This document shows, piece by piece, positions 1 to 17,010 of a stretch of 64,000 nucleotides of DNA; position 1 is the stretch's first letter; the number at the start of each line of letters is the position of its first letter. The position numbers and the translations under genes were made by a program. The DNA lies in NCBI RefSeq assembly GCF_009914755.1, contig NC_060928.1; one strand, 5' to 3'. The stretch is from the human T2T-CHM13v2.0 reference genome, Homo sapiens. The notes beneath the pieces are model-generated. The model saw nothing but the letters and a program-made list of their open reading frames with translations. It searched no databases and was not told the origin of the DNA.

Positions 1-1625
1 AAGAGGGAAAAAGAAATAAGGAACAAATGCAATGAATAAGAAATGGTTACAAACAATCCAAATATATCAATAATCACTTTAAATGTGAATAGTCTAAATT
101 CACCAATTAAAAGATGGAAATTGTCAGAATGGATTAAAAAAAGAACACCTAAAAACAGCTGTCTAGAAGAGACCTATGTTAAATATAAAGATTCGGGTTA
201 ATAGTGAAAGTGTGTAGCACCACTATTCACCTTAGCCAAAAGGTAGAAACAACTTTATTGTCCATCAATGAATGAATGGATAAACAAATTGTAAGTATAT
301 AGATATAATGAAATATTATTTAGCTATCCAAATAATAAAGTACAAATATACATTAGAACAAGGGTGAACCTCAAAAACATTATGCTAAATGAAATAAGCC
401 AGACATAAGAGGCCACATATTATGATTCCATTTATATGAAATGTCCAGACTAGGAAAATCCATAGAGACAGAAAGCGTATTCATGGTTACCAGAGGCTGT
501 AGGGAAACATGATTGAAGAATAACTGCATATTAGGTATGGCGTTTCCTTCTAGGTTATGAAAATGTTTAGGGATGAGACAAAGGTGTTGGTTGCACAACA
601 TTGTTGATAGACTAAATGCCACTAAATTGCTTTAAATAACTTTAAAATTGCTAATTTTATGCTATGTAAATTTTATCTCAAAAAAAACATGAAGGGTGGA
701 GAAAGATATGTTATGCTAAAACTAATCAAAAGAGAGCTGGAACAACCATGTTAATTTCAGACAAAGTGGCTTCAAAACAAGAAAAAATGATCATGGATAA
801 AGAGGCGCACTACATAAAAGAGTGGGTTCTCCAAGTAGCCATAACAATTATAAATGTTTTTGCACCTAACAACAGCGAATAAAAATATGTGAGGCAAAAA
901 CTAATACAACTGCGAAGGAAAACAATTTTTGCTATTATAAGTGAAGACATAAACATCCCCTCTTTCAGTAATGATAGATCAAGAAGGCCGAAAATGAGGT
1001 TACAGTTAACCTGAAAAGCACCATCAATCAACTTGATATGATTGGCATCCTTAACTTGACAAATATTGCCTACAAATTATTTGCAACTGATATAATACTT
1101 AATGGTGAGAAACTTGACATTTTCCTCCTAAGATTAGGAATGAAGTAAGAATGTCCATAACCATTTTTAGACATCATTATACTGGAATTCCTAGCTAGGT
1201 CATTAAGACAAAGAAAGGAAATAAAAGGCATATAGATTGGGAAAGAATAAATAAAACTTTCTTTACAGATAACATGACTGTTGATGTAGAAGTCCTCAAA
1301 GAATGAACAAAAACAAAAACAAATTTCCTGAAACTATTAACCAAGTATAGACTAAGGAGACATAATAATTAAATGCAATGTGATATCATAGATGGAATGC
1401 TGGAACATAAACGGAACATTAGGTAACAAAGAAGCTGAAATAAAGTGTAGACTTTAGTAATGACATATCAGTATCAGTTCATTAACTGTATCAAATGTAC
1501 TATACTAGTATTAATATGTAAATAATAGGAGAAACTGGGTGTAGTGTATGTAGAAACTCACTGTATAATCCTTGCAATTTTTCTACAAATCTAAAATTGT
1601 TTTAGATAAAGTTTATTTTAAAAAG
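1..1625 (+). mobile_element. Old L1M (L1MC-type) fragments: ORF2 endonuclease and RT remnants plus 3' UTR
   Basis: Degenerate ORF2 5' sequence (ATAATCACTTTAAATGTGAATAGTCTAAATTCACCAATTAAAAGA), an RT remnant at ~1090-1340 and an L1MC-like 3' UTR at ~1350-1625. Confidence 0.75.
215..687 (+). mobile_element. L1MB/L1MA-type 3' end nested in the older L1
   Basis: Typical 3' UTR (TCCATCAATGAATGAATGGATAAACAAA...ATGATTCCATTTATATGAAATGTCCAGA) ending in an A tract; host ORF2 sequence resumes at ~690. Confidence 0.7.
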
Positions 1626-1869
1626 AAATTAATTTTAGGCAAATATCTGTCTGCTTAGAGAGAGAAGAGACTAGCTGAAGTCTCTGGTCCATAGAATAAC
1701 TGCTGTTTGATTACAAAATGGGTACTTAACAACGGAAAAAAAAAAAGAAATAAATAGCCAGTGAATCAAACCAATGATATCACTGTTACAGAATTTCTCA
1801 GAAGAGATATGCTATCTGCTTACATTAGAAAAATGTTGCAGAAAAAAATGTCTATGTAAGCTAGCATTT

Positions 1870-2035
1870 GAATCACTTAATCTAAACAAGCTCCTAACCT
1901 TCCTGTGCTTAAGTTTCCTTCTCTGTAAAATGGTAATAAATGTATCATTTATCTGATACAAGTGTTAGGAGCACAAATGGGTTAATAATGGAAAGTACTT
2001 GGGATGGTGTCTGGCAGAAAGTAAGCACTCAGTTC
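1870..2035 (+). mobile_element. MIR SINE
   Basis: Core motif AGTTTCCTTCTCTGTAAAATGG and 3' end TGTCTGGCAGAAAGTAAGCACTCA. Confidence 0.75.
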
Positions 2036-2780
2036 ATCATCATCATCATCATCAAGTAAGTTATAAAATGCAAGCTAGAAATGCATGTGGAATCTTCCCT
2101 GATGTCTTTAAAATTGAAATGGTTTCTCTCATTTCTCAAGCTTTTTTAGGCACCTTTCAAGGCAATATTTGTAAAAGCCCATGAGGCATGAGCAAAAATG
2201 TGTGTGCTATGATCTTCTATGTTCTCTGCAGTTCCCACCTTGGTTTTCTTCTGCTGTTGCTTTGAGACCTGTTATTTCAAAGAGGAAAAAGAAAAGCAAA
2301 TTCCATACAAATACTCTGAGTTTCAAGTAGGGTTAAAGCATCGATGGATAAAGGTATCCTTCTGACAGTAACACAAGCTAATGTGAATTTTTGTTTGAAT
2401 TTTTTCTCTCTGCTCTTGGACAGGGACAAACATTAAAAGGAGTATCCAGGGCATGATAGCTCTTCTCCAAAAATAAGCTATTTGTGTGACATTCCTTTCT
2501 GGTTGTCACTTTTCTTTGTGTCAGCTTGGAAAAAACTGACAGAATCACTTTGTCCATGTAATTCAAACAATAAAACATTGAGTTGTGTAATTTTAAGGTG
2601 CCTTCCAGTTCCAAGATTCTATGATTTCAGCCATTGAAGGTATTGTTGGAAAAGAGTCTTTTAAATGTTATGTTCTTATAATAGTTTCTGTGTCATTTTT
2701 CAGTCAATGATAATTAGTGTCACAATTAGGAAAATAGATCCTAATGTTCATTAATGATGAAGTCTAATATTCTAAGGTGT

Positions 2781-3610
2781 TGTGATATTGTAAAATAATG
2801 TATTTGGTCTGTCCCCATTATGCAACTCTTAAAATCTTTGGAATCTCCAAAGTGATGTCTTTTTGTGTGCCAGTGAGTTAACTGATGGGTGGCAGCCCCT
2901 AGGTAGCTGCAGGATGGGAGTTAGTCACAGGAAAGACCAAGACATAATTAGAGGGTTGAAACTTTCTGCTCCATCCCTGAATCTCTAGGGAGAGAAGAGG
3001 GCCTCAAGATTGAGCTAATTATCAATAGCTAAGTATTTAATCAATCATGTCCACATAATGAGACTTTCATAAAAATCTAAAAGGACTGAGTTCAGAGAGC
3101 TTCCAGATAGCTGAACACGTGGAGGTTCCTGTGGGTGGTTCGCCCAGAGAAGGCATGGATGCTACACGCCTCTTCTCACATGCCTTGCCCTATATTTTCC
3201 TTCATCTGTATCCTTTGTAACATCCTTTGTAATAAACCAGTAAACATAAGTGTTTCCCTGAGTTCTATGTGTCACTCTACCAAATTAATAATCCCAAGGA
3301 GGGGATCATGGGAATCACGATCTATTGCTGGCCAGTCAGAAGTATAGGTAAAACAACCTGGGGCCTGCATTGGGCCTAGGAAATGGATGGGGGCAGTCCT
3401 GTGGGACCGAACTCTCAAACTGCAGGATCTGATACTGTCTCCAGGTAGATCATGTCAAAACTGTATTTAATTAGAAGACACCCAGCTGATGTCCACTGCA
3501 GAATTGAGTGCTTGTTTGCTATTGGGGAGAAATTCCCATGAATCTGGTGTCAGAAGAGTGTTTTGAGAGTATAATGGGAGAAACTGAGTTTGTTTATTCC
3601 TCCCTACACA
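2781..3610 (+). mobile_element. MER21-family solo LTR
   Basis: TG...CA ends, ~830 bp, MER21-like internal motifs (GGAAAGACCAAGACATAATTAGAGGGTTG; TTCAGAGAGCTTCCAGATAGCTGAACACGTGGAGG), AATAAA at ~3231, near-TSD GGTGT/GGTTT. Confidence 0.8.
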
Positions 3611-4824
3611 GGTTTCATTTAGTATTATCTTTTCTTTGTCATTTCCTTTTCTAAATGTAAGAGCAATGTTTGATGGTTATAGGGGGAAGATTTTTGAAGG
3701 CAGTTGATAATATTGAAGGTTTGAATAACAAATACAAATATATATGCATATATGTATGCATATATATATATATGTAAGATTTAAGCAGAATAACCGTGCA
3801 TTTATTACTAGTCAGTCATTTACTATCTTAAGATGAGATTGATGATTAGTTGTTCTTTCTTAATGTGCTGGGACAAGAGGAAATAACTATTAACAAACCA
3901 CTAGAGATTTCAATTTGGTGTCTGGAAAACATTTTCTGGAAGGCTAACAACTTTGAAATGAATACCAATGCAAAGAAAATTTTCTGTAAAGGTAATTTGA
4001 AATTGGAATAGATGTTCTGATAGGATGTTTCTTGGGGAATCATGATGAAAGTGTAAAGGAAGGCCCCTTTTGGGATCTGAACTTCCTGGTGTGATTGAAG
4101 TTGGACATTATTTCAGCTATACACACTTCCTCAACAGTGTTGGAATTGAAGCTGTATTGCTAAGCAGAAGTGTTTCATTTGTTATTCTCTAGAGATTCTA
4201 CTGATCAAGATTTGTGACTTTCATCTTAACTTCACTTTCTCTAAGGTTAAAGTTTCATTTTGAATTACTTGTTGATGTTTCTATAACTTTTTCTCTCATT
4301 CAAAATTTTAATCAAGGAGAAATCAGTTTCTCTTTGAAAAAAGGAAATGAGTCTTTGTGGGTTAAGCATAGTTTGTAAATCTTTAAAACTGGCCAAATTC
4401 TGGAGCCGAATTCAATTGACAAGTCTAAACTTTCTTCCTGAGTGACCAAAATTATAAAAGACTCTCTGTGAGGTCAAAATAAGTCCTAAATATAAGAGCC
4501 ACTGTTCCTCCAGCTGAGAGGCATCTTAGGTGACAAACATCTTATGGGAGTGTTGGAAGTTATCACTATCACTCATGACATGAAATATTCTTACTGGAAA
4601 TCCCTTGAGAAGAACATACAGGAAAGCTTGCATAATCTGGTGGGCATGCCTAAAGGCTGATCACCTAGTGCCTTAAGCACCCAAGTTACTTAGGACCACT
4701 AAGATTCATAAAAAGAAAGAACCAACTCAAGAGTGACACCTTGAGAAACTATTCCCACAGTCAGCAGACTTGGTACAAAAAGCTTCCATGAAGTCTTTTG
4801 ATCTTCAAGAGGAAAATAGAAATT

Positions 4825-6116
4825 ATGGGTAATCATGCATCTAAAACTAAGTCTTCCTCCTTTACCAGATCTAGAAACATCAGCTGAATTCATGTTTAAT
4901 AATTATGGCACCTCTTCATGCAAATGTTTAGAAAATTGGTCACACATAACTTGCAATGACTCCAAATTACAGTGGCCAGAATGGTGTACCTTTGAAATAC
5001 ATAAACTAGTTTATCTGCATGCTCAATTAGAAAAAGTTCGCTCTTAAATAACAAAACAAAACACAAGTGGTAGAGCTATTTTCAGTGGTACTTAGAAACC
5101 TCTAAAAGAGGTTCTGATAAAGTCATTCCTTTGTAAGAGAAACAAAAAATTGTCTAAAATAATTTCTGAATTGAACACAGACTCCTGAAATTTCTTTTCC
5201 TTTGTCTGCTCATCCTTCTCTTTATCCCCCATTTTCAGAACATCCTTGCTTAGACTTTCCTCTCCTTCCTCTTCCTCCTTCTGCTATTCTGGCTCAATTT
5301 CAGAAATATTCTATGTCCAACCATGGTCAAAGGTATAATTCAAGGGCATGATTAAAGAATTCCCTGATCCTCTTCAGGACCCTGTTGGATTTTCTAGAGA
5401 ATTTGAATTAAACATCCAAGCTTATGATCCCAGATTCTCTGATCTGTATCAACTGATTCACATATTGCTGTCAGAAAGTAAAGACAAAGATTGGATAGCA
5501 AACATGAATTGAAGAAATCCTTTAGAGAACTTGCACACATTTTCTGAAGCAGATCCCCAATAAGCCTACACTACTGCTAAAGCTTTACTTGATACTCTCC
5601 CCTTAGTTTTCTAAAAAGTGGTTGACTGGAACAAAATATAACCATGCCAACAAGATATTGATGACCCTGTAATGTCATACTATGAAAGATTTGAAAAAAT
5701 CTTTAAACAATGTTCAGACCTATCAAAAGAAAGTTAGGCTAGCCAACAAAATAATACTCTTCTTAACTCAAACTTTATAAACAAATTAGATTAAAAATTG
5801 GCAATTATAATAAAGATACAATAGCCCCATTTGGGCTACCTGTCAAACTCATGATATGCTTAATTTTGACTATCAATGTCCCATGTTCCAACCAAAGAAA
5901 ATAAAAAGGAAAGCTAAACAAAAAGGTACAGCAAATAGGGTTATGAGTTTACAATTAAAATAATTGTCCAACCAACTCATAGCCCCTCAATGGCCTATTA
6001 AATTTCAAAAGTAATCTTTTCCCCCACTTTGCAATTACTGCAAAATGCTTCAGAAAGGATTGTGGAAAATTAAAATGGAAAAAAAGCAGCAATAGGCCAA
6101 AGAAAGAGAAGAATAA
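4825..6116 (+). pseudogene. gag: ERV gag remnant
   Basis: Starts ATG GGT AAT CAT GCA TCT (MGNHAS, fits the MGxxxS myristoylation motif); matrix-like LQWPEW..F..KL; proline-rich segment at ~5210-5290; degenerate zinc knuckle CNYCK...KDC at ~6030-6063; ends TAA GGA TGT TCC, resembling a class I gag-pol readthrough junction. Many stops and frameshifts. Confidence 0.8.
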
Positions 6117-8940
6117 GGATGTTCCAAGATCATCAAAGGGACCTTCTTTTTTCTCTGTAGGAATAGCTTCAGGGAAATTGGAATTATTTTAAATACGGAA
6201 TAAACACAACTCTTATTGACACTTGAACTATGTTAGAGTAATAATCTCATCTTATTTCAAAGTCCTATTCCTTGTAGAAAAAATAATTACAGATGGTGAG
6301 TGTAACAAATACTCCTATATAAACTCATAAATCAGAACCTATAGTTTTTCAATTAGATTAGGAACACAAGTTTTCTACTTGGTTTCCTAAGCGTCCACCC
6401 ACATATCCTCTCAAAAGGGGGAACTGTATTTACAATTAGAAGATAAAATAGAGTTATTAGATACAAATAGTTTTTGAAATCTAATCATCTCAATTTAGGA
6501 ATTGCAATTCATATTGCCATGGATGAGGCAAAATTATTAAATAATGAAGAATTACAAGAGCTATTAATAATAGTACCCAATCAATTGTGGTCAGAATCTT
6601 CCACTGGTATTAGGAAAATTATCTTGGCTGCCCCAATCAAAATTCAAATTGATCCATCAAAACCTCTTCTGAACCTTAACCAATACCCTCTAAGATCAGA
6701 GGCCATGGAGAAAATGAGGCCTATAGTCTTAGATTACATAAGAAGAGGCTTGATTGCCCCTTGTACAGTCCCATGTAATACTCCAATCCTCCCTGTAAGA
6801 AAATCAAATGGTAGAGGATGGAGATTTCTACAGGATCTGAAAGCAATTAATAACATAATCATCTCTTCACATCCACTAGTATCAAACCCATATACATTGT
6901 TGACTGTCATCCCAACTAAAGGTGAAGTATTTACTGTAATAGACCTGTGTAGTGAATTCTTTAGCATTCCTACTGATAAAGACAGTCAATTTCTCTTCAC
7001 TTTCAGTTGGGAAGACAGAAAATGCACATGAACAGTCACGACTCAGGGATATGCTAAGATCCCAACTTATTTTTCACAAATATTAAGAACAGACTTTTAG
7101 AATTTTGACTTCCCTAAGAAATTTGTTTTGATACACTACATAGTTAACATCTGGACCCTTTGGGTAATGGAATGCCACCTTGCATGAGAGCAATAACTGC
7201 TACCATCCTGTTAATACCAGCAACTGAAGAAATAGTGATGGAATCTCCCTCACTGTCTTTGTTCCACCTTCTGTAGAAGTGCTTCTAAACTTGCATCACA
7301 CCCAACACTATTCAGTTAGTTGACTGCCTTCTTAGGAAATTCTTCTTTCTGCTCATCATATTCCAATCTCCAGATGTAATAGCAATTTTGATGCTGCCGC
7401 TCTTCTGCCCCTGCCTTGAGAGGGAATGCCACATGATTGCAATGATCTTGACTAACTAGCTTCTCTCTCATTTTTCTGCAAGAAACTCCCCTTACTAACA
7501 CTGATGTTGTTTGGTTTACAGATGGATCTTACTTAAAGGATGAATTTGGAACATATGTGACGGGTTATACTATGGTATCTTTAATTGAGCAATAGAAAGT
7601 GCTTAGCTACTAGAAACAATCTCAGCTCAACAAGCAGAGTTAATCATATTAATTAGAGCTTGTCAATTGGCAAAAATAATAAATATTTGTATAGACAGTA
7701 GATACGTTTTTGGGATAATTCATGACTTTAGAATTCCATGTGAACAGAGGATTTTTAACCTCTTCCAGTCAGTCCATAAAAAAAGAATAACTGGCTTCAG
7801 AATTATTAGAAGCCATACTATTGCCACAATCATTAGCCATTATCAAGATTCCAGGCCCTTCAAAGTCAGACATTACAGAAAGCAAAAGAAATAAATTAGC
7901 AGATAAAAATTAGCAAAAAGGCCTACCCTAAATGTATCTGAACAAAAAAAAGCAACCCTTTTTAATATTTACAGAAACATTTGATTTTGATATAAAATTT
8001 TCTCAATCCAAAGCTCCAAAAACAGAACAAGAAAATTTGGAAACAAAAAGAGAAGCATACATTCCTGACACCAGGTTATGATATAAACCAAATGGCCTAA
8101 CCATACTTGTAACAAAATTACAGTCATCCATCTTAACTTATGTGCATGATTTAACTCATTGGAGCCCTGATGAATTGATTACTTGGGAAAAAAAAAACAA
8201 CATTATTAAAAGCCGTCTTCAATGGTTGCTCTTAAGGTGTACAATTGCTGCCATATCTGCTCAAAGTACAATCCAGGAAAAGCTTTATATAGTTATCAAG
8301 GTCATTTTCCTTTACCAGAGGCCTTTTCTAGGTATGGCAAGTAGATTTTATTCAGCTACACCATGACAAGGATGCAATACATTGTAGTGATGATGTGTAT
8401 GTGTTCTTATTGGGTAGCAACATGTCTATGTAGAAAAGCAACAGCCTTCGTGGTAAGTAAAATTCTCTCAGAGAAAATTATTGCTGCTTGGAGACTTCCT
8501 CTAGAAATTCATAGCAATGGAGGTACTCATTTCACTAGACAAATAGTTCAGTCAATATGTAAAATCTGGTCGATTCTTCAACATTTCCGTTGTGCGTGTC
8601 AACCCGTCACCTGTGATAGTGAAATGCACAAACAGAATAATCAAAACTCATTTGGCAAAATTAACTGAAGCTTTTAAATTCCTTGGCCAAAGGTCTTCTG
8701 TTAGCTTTGCTTAGCCTAAGATTGACCACCTTTGGTAAACACCAGCTGTTTATAACCTATGAAATTGTCTCCAGGAAATTGTGAATCTATGATGTTAAAA
8801 GACAATATGTTATATTATTGCAGCAGCCTTATAAAACATCTAAGTAAAAACAATAATTTAATAAAAGCTTCCTTCCATAGTGATTGCCTGAGAGAGGAAG
8901 AACTCAAGAATCACAGACTTCAACTAGGAGACTTTGTCTA

Positions 8941-9408
8941 TTAGAAATGACTTCTTGGGGAGGAGCCAAGATGGCCAAATAGGAATAGCTGCAGTCTACA
9001 GCTCCCAGTGTGAGTGACACAGAAGTTGGGTGATTTCTGCATTTCCAACTGAGGTACTGGGTTCATCTCACTGTGGATTGTCAGACAGTGGGTGCAGGAC
9101 AGTGGGTGCAGCACACTGAGCATGAGCCAAAGCAGGGCAAGGCATCGTCTCACCCAGGAAGCAAAAGGGGTCAGGGAATTCCCTTTCCTAGTCAAAGAAA
9201 GGGGTGACAGATGGCACCTGGAAAATCGGGTCACTCCCACCCTAATACTGCGTTTCTCCAATGGTCTTAGCAAATGGTACACCAGGAGATTATATCCCGC
9301 GCATGGCTCAGAGGGTCCTACGCCCATGGAGCCTCGTTCATTGCTAGCACAGCAGTCTGAGATCAAACTGCAAGGCAGCAGCGAGGCTGAGGGAGGGGTG
9401 CCTGCCAT
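8941..9408 (-). CDS. ORF0: L1 antisense ORF0, open and C-terminally extended (155 aa)
   Basis: MAGTPPSASLLPCSLISDCCASN... matches primate ORF0; no stop until 8941, which lies in the ERV flank. Expression is not shown. Confidence 0.5.
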   Translation of the reverse strand: MAGTPPSASLLPCSLISDCCASNERGSMGVGPSEPCAGYNLLVYHLLRPLEKRSIRVGVTRFSRCHLSPLSLTRKGNSLTPFASWVRRCLALLWLMLSVLHPLSCTHCLTIHSEMNPVPQLEMQKSPNFCVTHTGSCRLQLFLFGHLGSSPRSHF

Positions 9409-9982
9409 TGCTGAGGCTTGAGTAGGTAAACAAAGCGGCGGGAAGCTTGAACTGGGTGGAACCCACCGCAGCTCAAGGAGGCCTGACTGCCTCTGTAGAC
9501 TCCACCTCTGGGGGCAGGGCATAGCCAAACAAAAGGCAGCAGAAACCTCTGCAGACTTAAACGTCCCTGTCTGACAGCTTTGAAGAGAGTAGTGGTTCTC
9601 CCAGCACGCAGCTGGAGATCTGAGAATGGACAGACTGCCTCCTCAAGTGGGTCCCTGACCCCCGAGTAGCCTAACTGGGAAGCACCCCCCAGTAGGGGCA
9701 GACTGACATGTCACATGGCCGGGTACTCCTCTGAGACAAAACTTCCAGAAGAACGATCAGGCAGCAACGTTTGCTGTTCACCAATATCCACTGTTCTGCA
9801 GTCTCCACTGCTGATACCCAGGCAAACAGGGTCTGGAGTGGACCTCCCGTAAACTCCAACAGAACTGCAGCTGAGGGTCCTGACTGTTAGAAGGAAAACT
9901 AACAAACAGAAAGGAAATCCACACCAAAACCCCATCTGTACGTCACCATCATCAAAGACCAAAGGTAGATAAAACCACAAAG

Positions 9983-10997
9983 ATGGGGAAAAAACGGAGC
10001 AGAAAAACTGGAAACTAAAAATCAGAGCACCCCTCCTCCTCCAAAGGAACAAATCTCCTCACCAGCAATGCAACAAAGCTGGATGGAGAATGACTTTGAC
10101 GAGTTGAGAGAAGAAGGCTTCAGACGATCAAACTACTCCAAGCTAAAGGAGGAAGTTCGAACCCATGGCAAAGAAGTTAAAAACTTTGAAAATAAATTAG
10201 ACGAATGGCTAACTAGAATAACCAATGCAAAGAAGTCCTTAAAGGACCTGACGGAGCTGAAAACCAAGGCACGAGAACTATGTGATGAATGCACAAGCCT
10301 CAGTAGCTGATTTGATCAACTGGAAGAAAGGGTATCAGTGATGGAAGATCAAATCAATAAAATGAAGTGAGAAGAGAAGTTTAGAGAAAAAAGAATAAAA
10401 AGAAATGAACAAAGCCTCCAAGAAATATGGGATGATGTGAAAAGACCAAATCTACATCTGATCGGTGTACCTGAAAGTGACGGGGAGAATGGAACTAAGC
10501 TGGAAAACACTCTGCAGGATATTATCCAGGAGAACTTCCCCAATCTAGCAAGGCAGGCCAACATTCAGATTCAGCAAATACAGAGAATGCCACAAAGATA
10601 CTCCTCGAGAAGAACAACTCCAAGACACATAATTGTCAGATTCACCAAAGATGAAATGAAGGAAAAAATGTTAAGGGCAGCCAGAGAGAAAGGTCGGGTT
10701 ACCCACAAAGGGAAGCCCATCAGACTAACAGCAGATCTCTCGGCAGAAACTCTACAAGCCAGAAGAGAGTGGGGGCCAATATTCAACATTCTTAAAGAAA
10801 AGAATTTTGAACCCAGAATTTCATATCCAGCCAAACTAAGCTTCATAAGTGAAGGAGAAATAAAGTCCTTTATAGACAAGCAAATGCTGAGAGATTTTGT
10901 CACCACCAGGCCTGCCCTAAAAGAGCTCCTGAAGGAAGCACTAAACATAGAAAGGAACAACCAGTACCATCCACTGCAAAAACATGGCAAATTGTAA
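9983..10997 (+). pseudogene. ORF1: L1PA4 ORF1, disrupted
   Basis: Frameshift near the start and in-frame stops; fragments 10068-10310 and 10437-10997 match ORF1p. Confidence 0.95.
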
Positions 10998-11060
10998 AGA
11001 CCATTGAGGCTAGGGAGAAACTGCATCAACTAATAAGCAAAATCACCAGCTAACATCATA

Positions 11061-14903
<3,843 letters not shown>

Positions 14904-16015
14904 ACAATGAGAACACATGGACACCGGAAGGGGACCATCACACACCGGGGCCTGTTGTGGGGTGGGGGGAGGGGGGAGGGATAGCATTAGGAGATATACC
15001 TAATGTTAAATGACGAGTTAATGGGTGCAGCACACCAACATGGCACATGTATACATATGTAACAAACCTGCACATTGTGCACATGTACCCTAAAACTTAA
15101 AGTATAATTTTTAAAAAAATGACTTATTTTAAAGGACTCTCCAACCAAGATGGAGAGGTTCTTATCAGGTACTTCTTACTAACCCCTGTGCTGCAAAATT
15201 AGAAGGTGTAGTTTCATGGACTTATAGTTCTCATTTAAAGAAGACTGAATCTCCTGAGTGGAATGTTTCACTGGAAAATGACCTCCAACTTAAATTGAGT
15301 CAACACAAGGATAAGAAGATGGCACCTGAGGAAGACAGCGAAATCTCAAGACCCCAGGCCTGGTTTGCTGGAAGTCTATGTCACACCTTGCTGAAGTTTT
15401 TGAACTGTTGTTACTTTTTGAGAAATAATTGTTATTTAGGACTTTGCAGAGCTGTTGGGTTAAGAGTCTGATTTTTTAAAAAATGAACCCCTTTTTTTCC
15501 TTATGGTTGTTCCTTTGTCTCAATGCCTAGAATGACATGGTAACACTTTGGTTAAACTATCCCACAGTGTTGCCACTGGAAGAAACCTATCTGATTGTTG
15601 GATCTGCCATATAATTCCTAGATCTATTCACGACTAATATATGTCATTAGTAATGTTTGTCATTGACTTTTAAGATCTCCTTAATGTCACCACTCATTTG
15701 GAGCAACTCCCCTCTGGATTAATTTCCTAGGTCTGACTTCTTCCTATCCTGAAACACTGTTTTAATTTGTCTCTTGTTGTTAGCGGTTGGCCCAAACTTT
15801 AACCTAGATTATATCCATGGACCTCCTCGATCCCTGTACTACAGGCTAAACAGTGCCAACAATAAATCAATAAGCCACCATGCAAACGTATTCTGTAATC
15901 CTTGCTGAGAAAGAAACTGATGTTTTAATTTGGTATTTTCAGCACTCCCCATGAGTGAGTCTATTAACAATAATTTCTTAGTAGAATCACCTGTGCTCCC
16001 CCAGGCCATGTTTTT

Positions 16016-16023
16016 ATTTTATT

Positions 16024-16070
<47 letters not shown>

Positions 16071-16354
16071 TGAATGACAGAGTTTCACTCTTGTTGCCCA
16101 GGCTGGAGCGTAATGGCACAATCTCTACTCCCACAACCTCCGCCTCCGGGGTTCAAGCGATTTTCTTGCCTCAGCCTCCCAAGTAGCTGGGATTACAGGC
16201 ATGCACCACCAAACCTGGCTAATTTTGTATTTTTAGTAGGGACAGGGTTTCTCCATGTTGGTCAGGCTGGTCTCTAATTCCCAACCTTAGGTGATCTGCC
16301 CGTCTCGGCCTCCCAAAGTGCTGGGATTACAGGCATGAGCGACCACACCCAGCC
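16016..16354 (-). mobile_element. AluS (Sp/Sq-like) with (TTTA)n tail, inserted in env
   Basis: Alu dimer; TSD CCCCAGGCCATGTTTTT / CCCCAGGCTATGTTTTT. Confidence 0.95.
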
Positions 16355-16660
16355 TCCCCAGGCTATGTTTTTGTATGTGGCATCGGAACTGATTTGCCCA
16401 TACAAGGATGGGCACATTATTTCCTTAGTAGCTGGCAGGTAGAGGGCTTATGCTTTTTGGGACATTTTGTGCCTGTCTTGTCCCTGCATGAAAATATGAA
16501 AGAACTCTCTCCTTTTCTCTCCATTACAGAGTGAAGACAACTATATTAGCAAAGTATGATGGTAATATACGTGAAAGCATTTTGAGAATACTAATTCCAA
16601 GTGCTTGGAGTCCATATCAATAGATACATGATTCAAAACCTATCAACCACCATTAGTCAG

Positions 16661-17010
16661 TGATATGGTTTGGCTCTGTATCCCCACCCAAATCTCATCT
16701 CAAATTATAATCCCCACCTGTCAAAGGAAGAACCTGGTAGGAGGTGATTAGATCATCTGGGCGGTTTCCCTCATGCTGTTCTCGTGATAGTGGGTGAGTT
16801 CTCATGGGATTTGCTGGTTTTATAAGTGGTGGTTTTCCCTGCTCTTCTCTCTCCTGCCACCTTGTGAAGAAGGTGACTGTTTGCCCTTCTGCCGTGATTG
16901 TAAGTTTCCTGAGGCCTCCCCAGCCATGCAGAACTGTGAGTCCATTAAACCTCTTTCCTTCATAAATTACCCCTTCTCAGGGAAGTTCTTTATAGCAGTT
17001 TGAAAACTGC
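16661..17010 (+). mobile_element. THE1D/MSTA-type MaLR solo LTR inside env
   Basis: Starts TGATATGGTTTGGCTCTG; TTCTGCCGTGATTGTAAGTTTCCTGAGGCCTCCCCAGCC; the 3' terminus is eroded. Confidence 0.9.

Noticed and set aside
1999-2184. ORF with a poly-His tract
   Set aside because: A (CAT)n microsatellite at a MIR tail, with a non-ATG start
2781-3610. MER21 as the 5' LTR of the downstream ERV
   Set aside because: No similarity to the 3' LTR, it has its own near-TSD, and ~450 bp of unrelated DNA separates it from the leader
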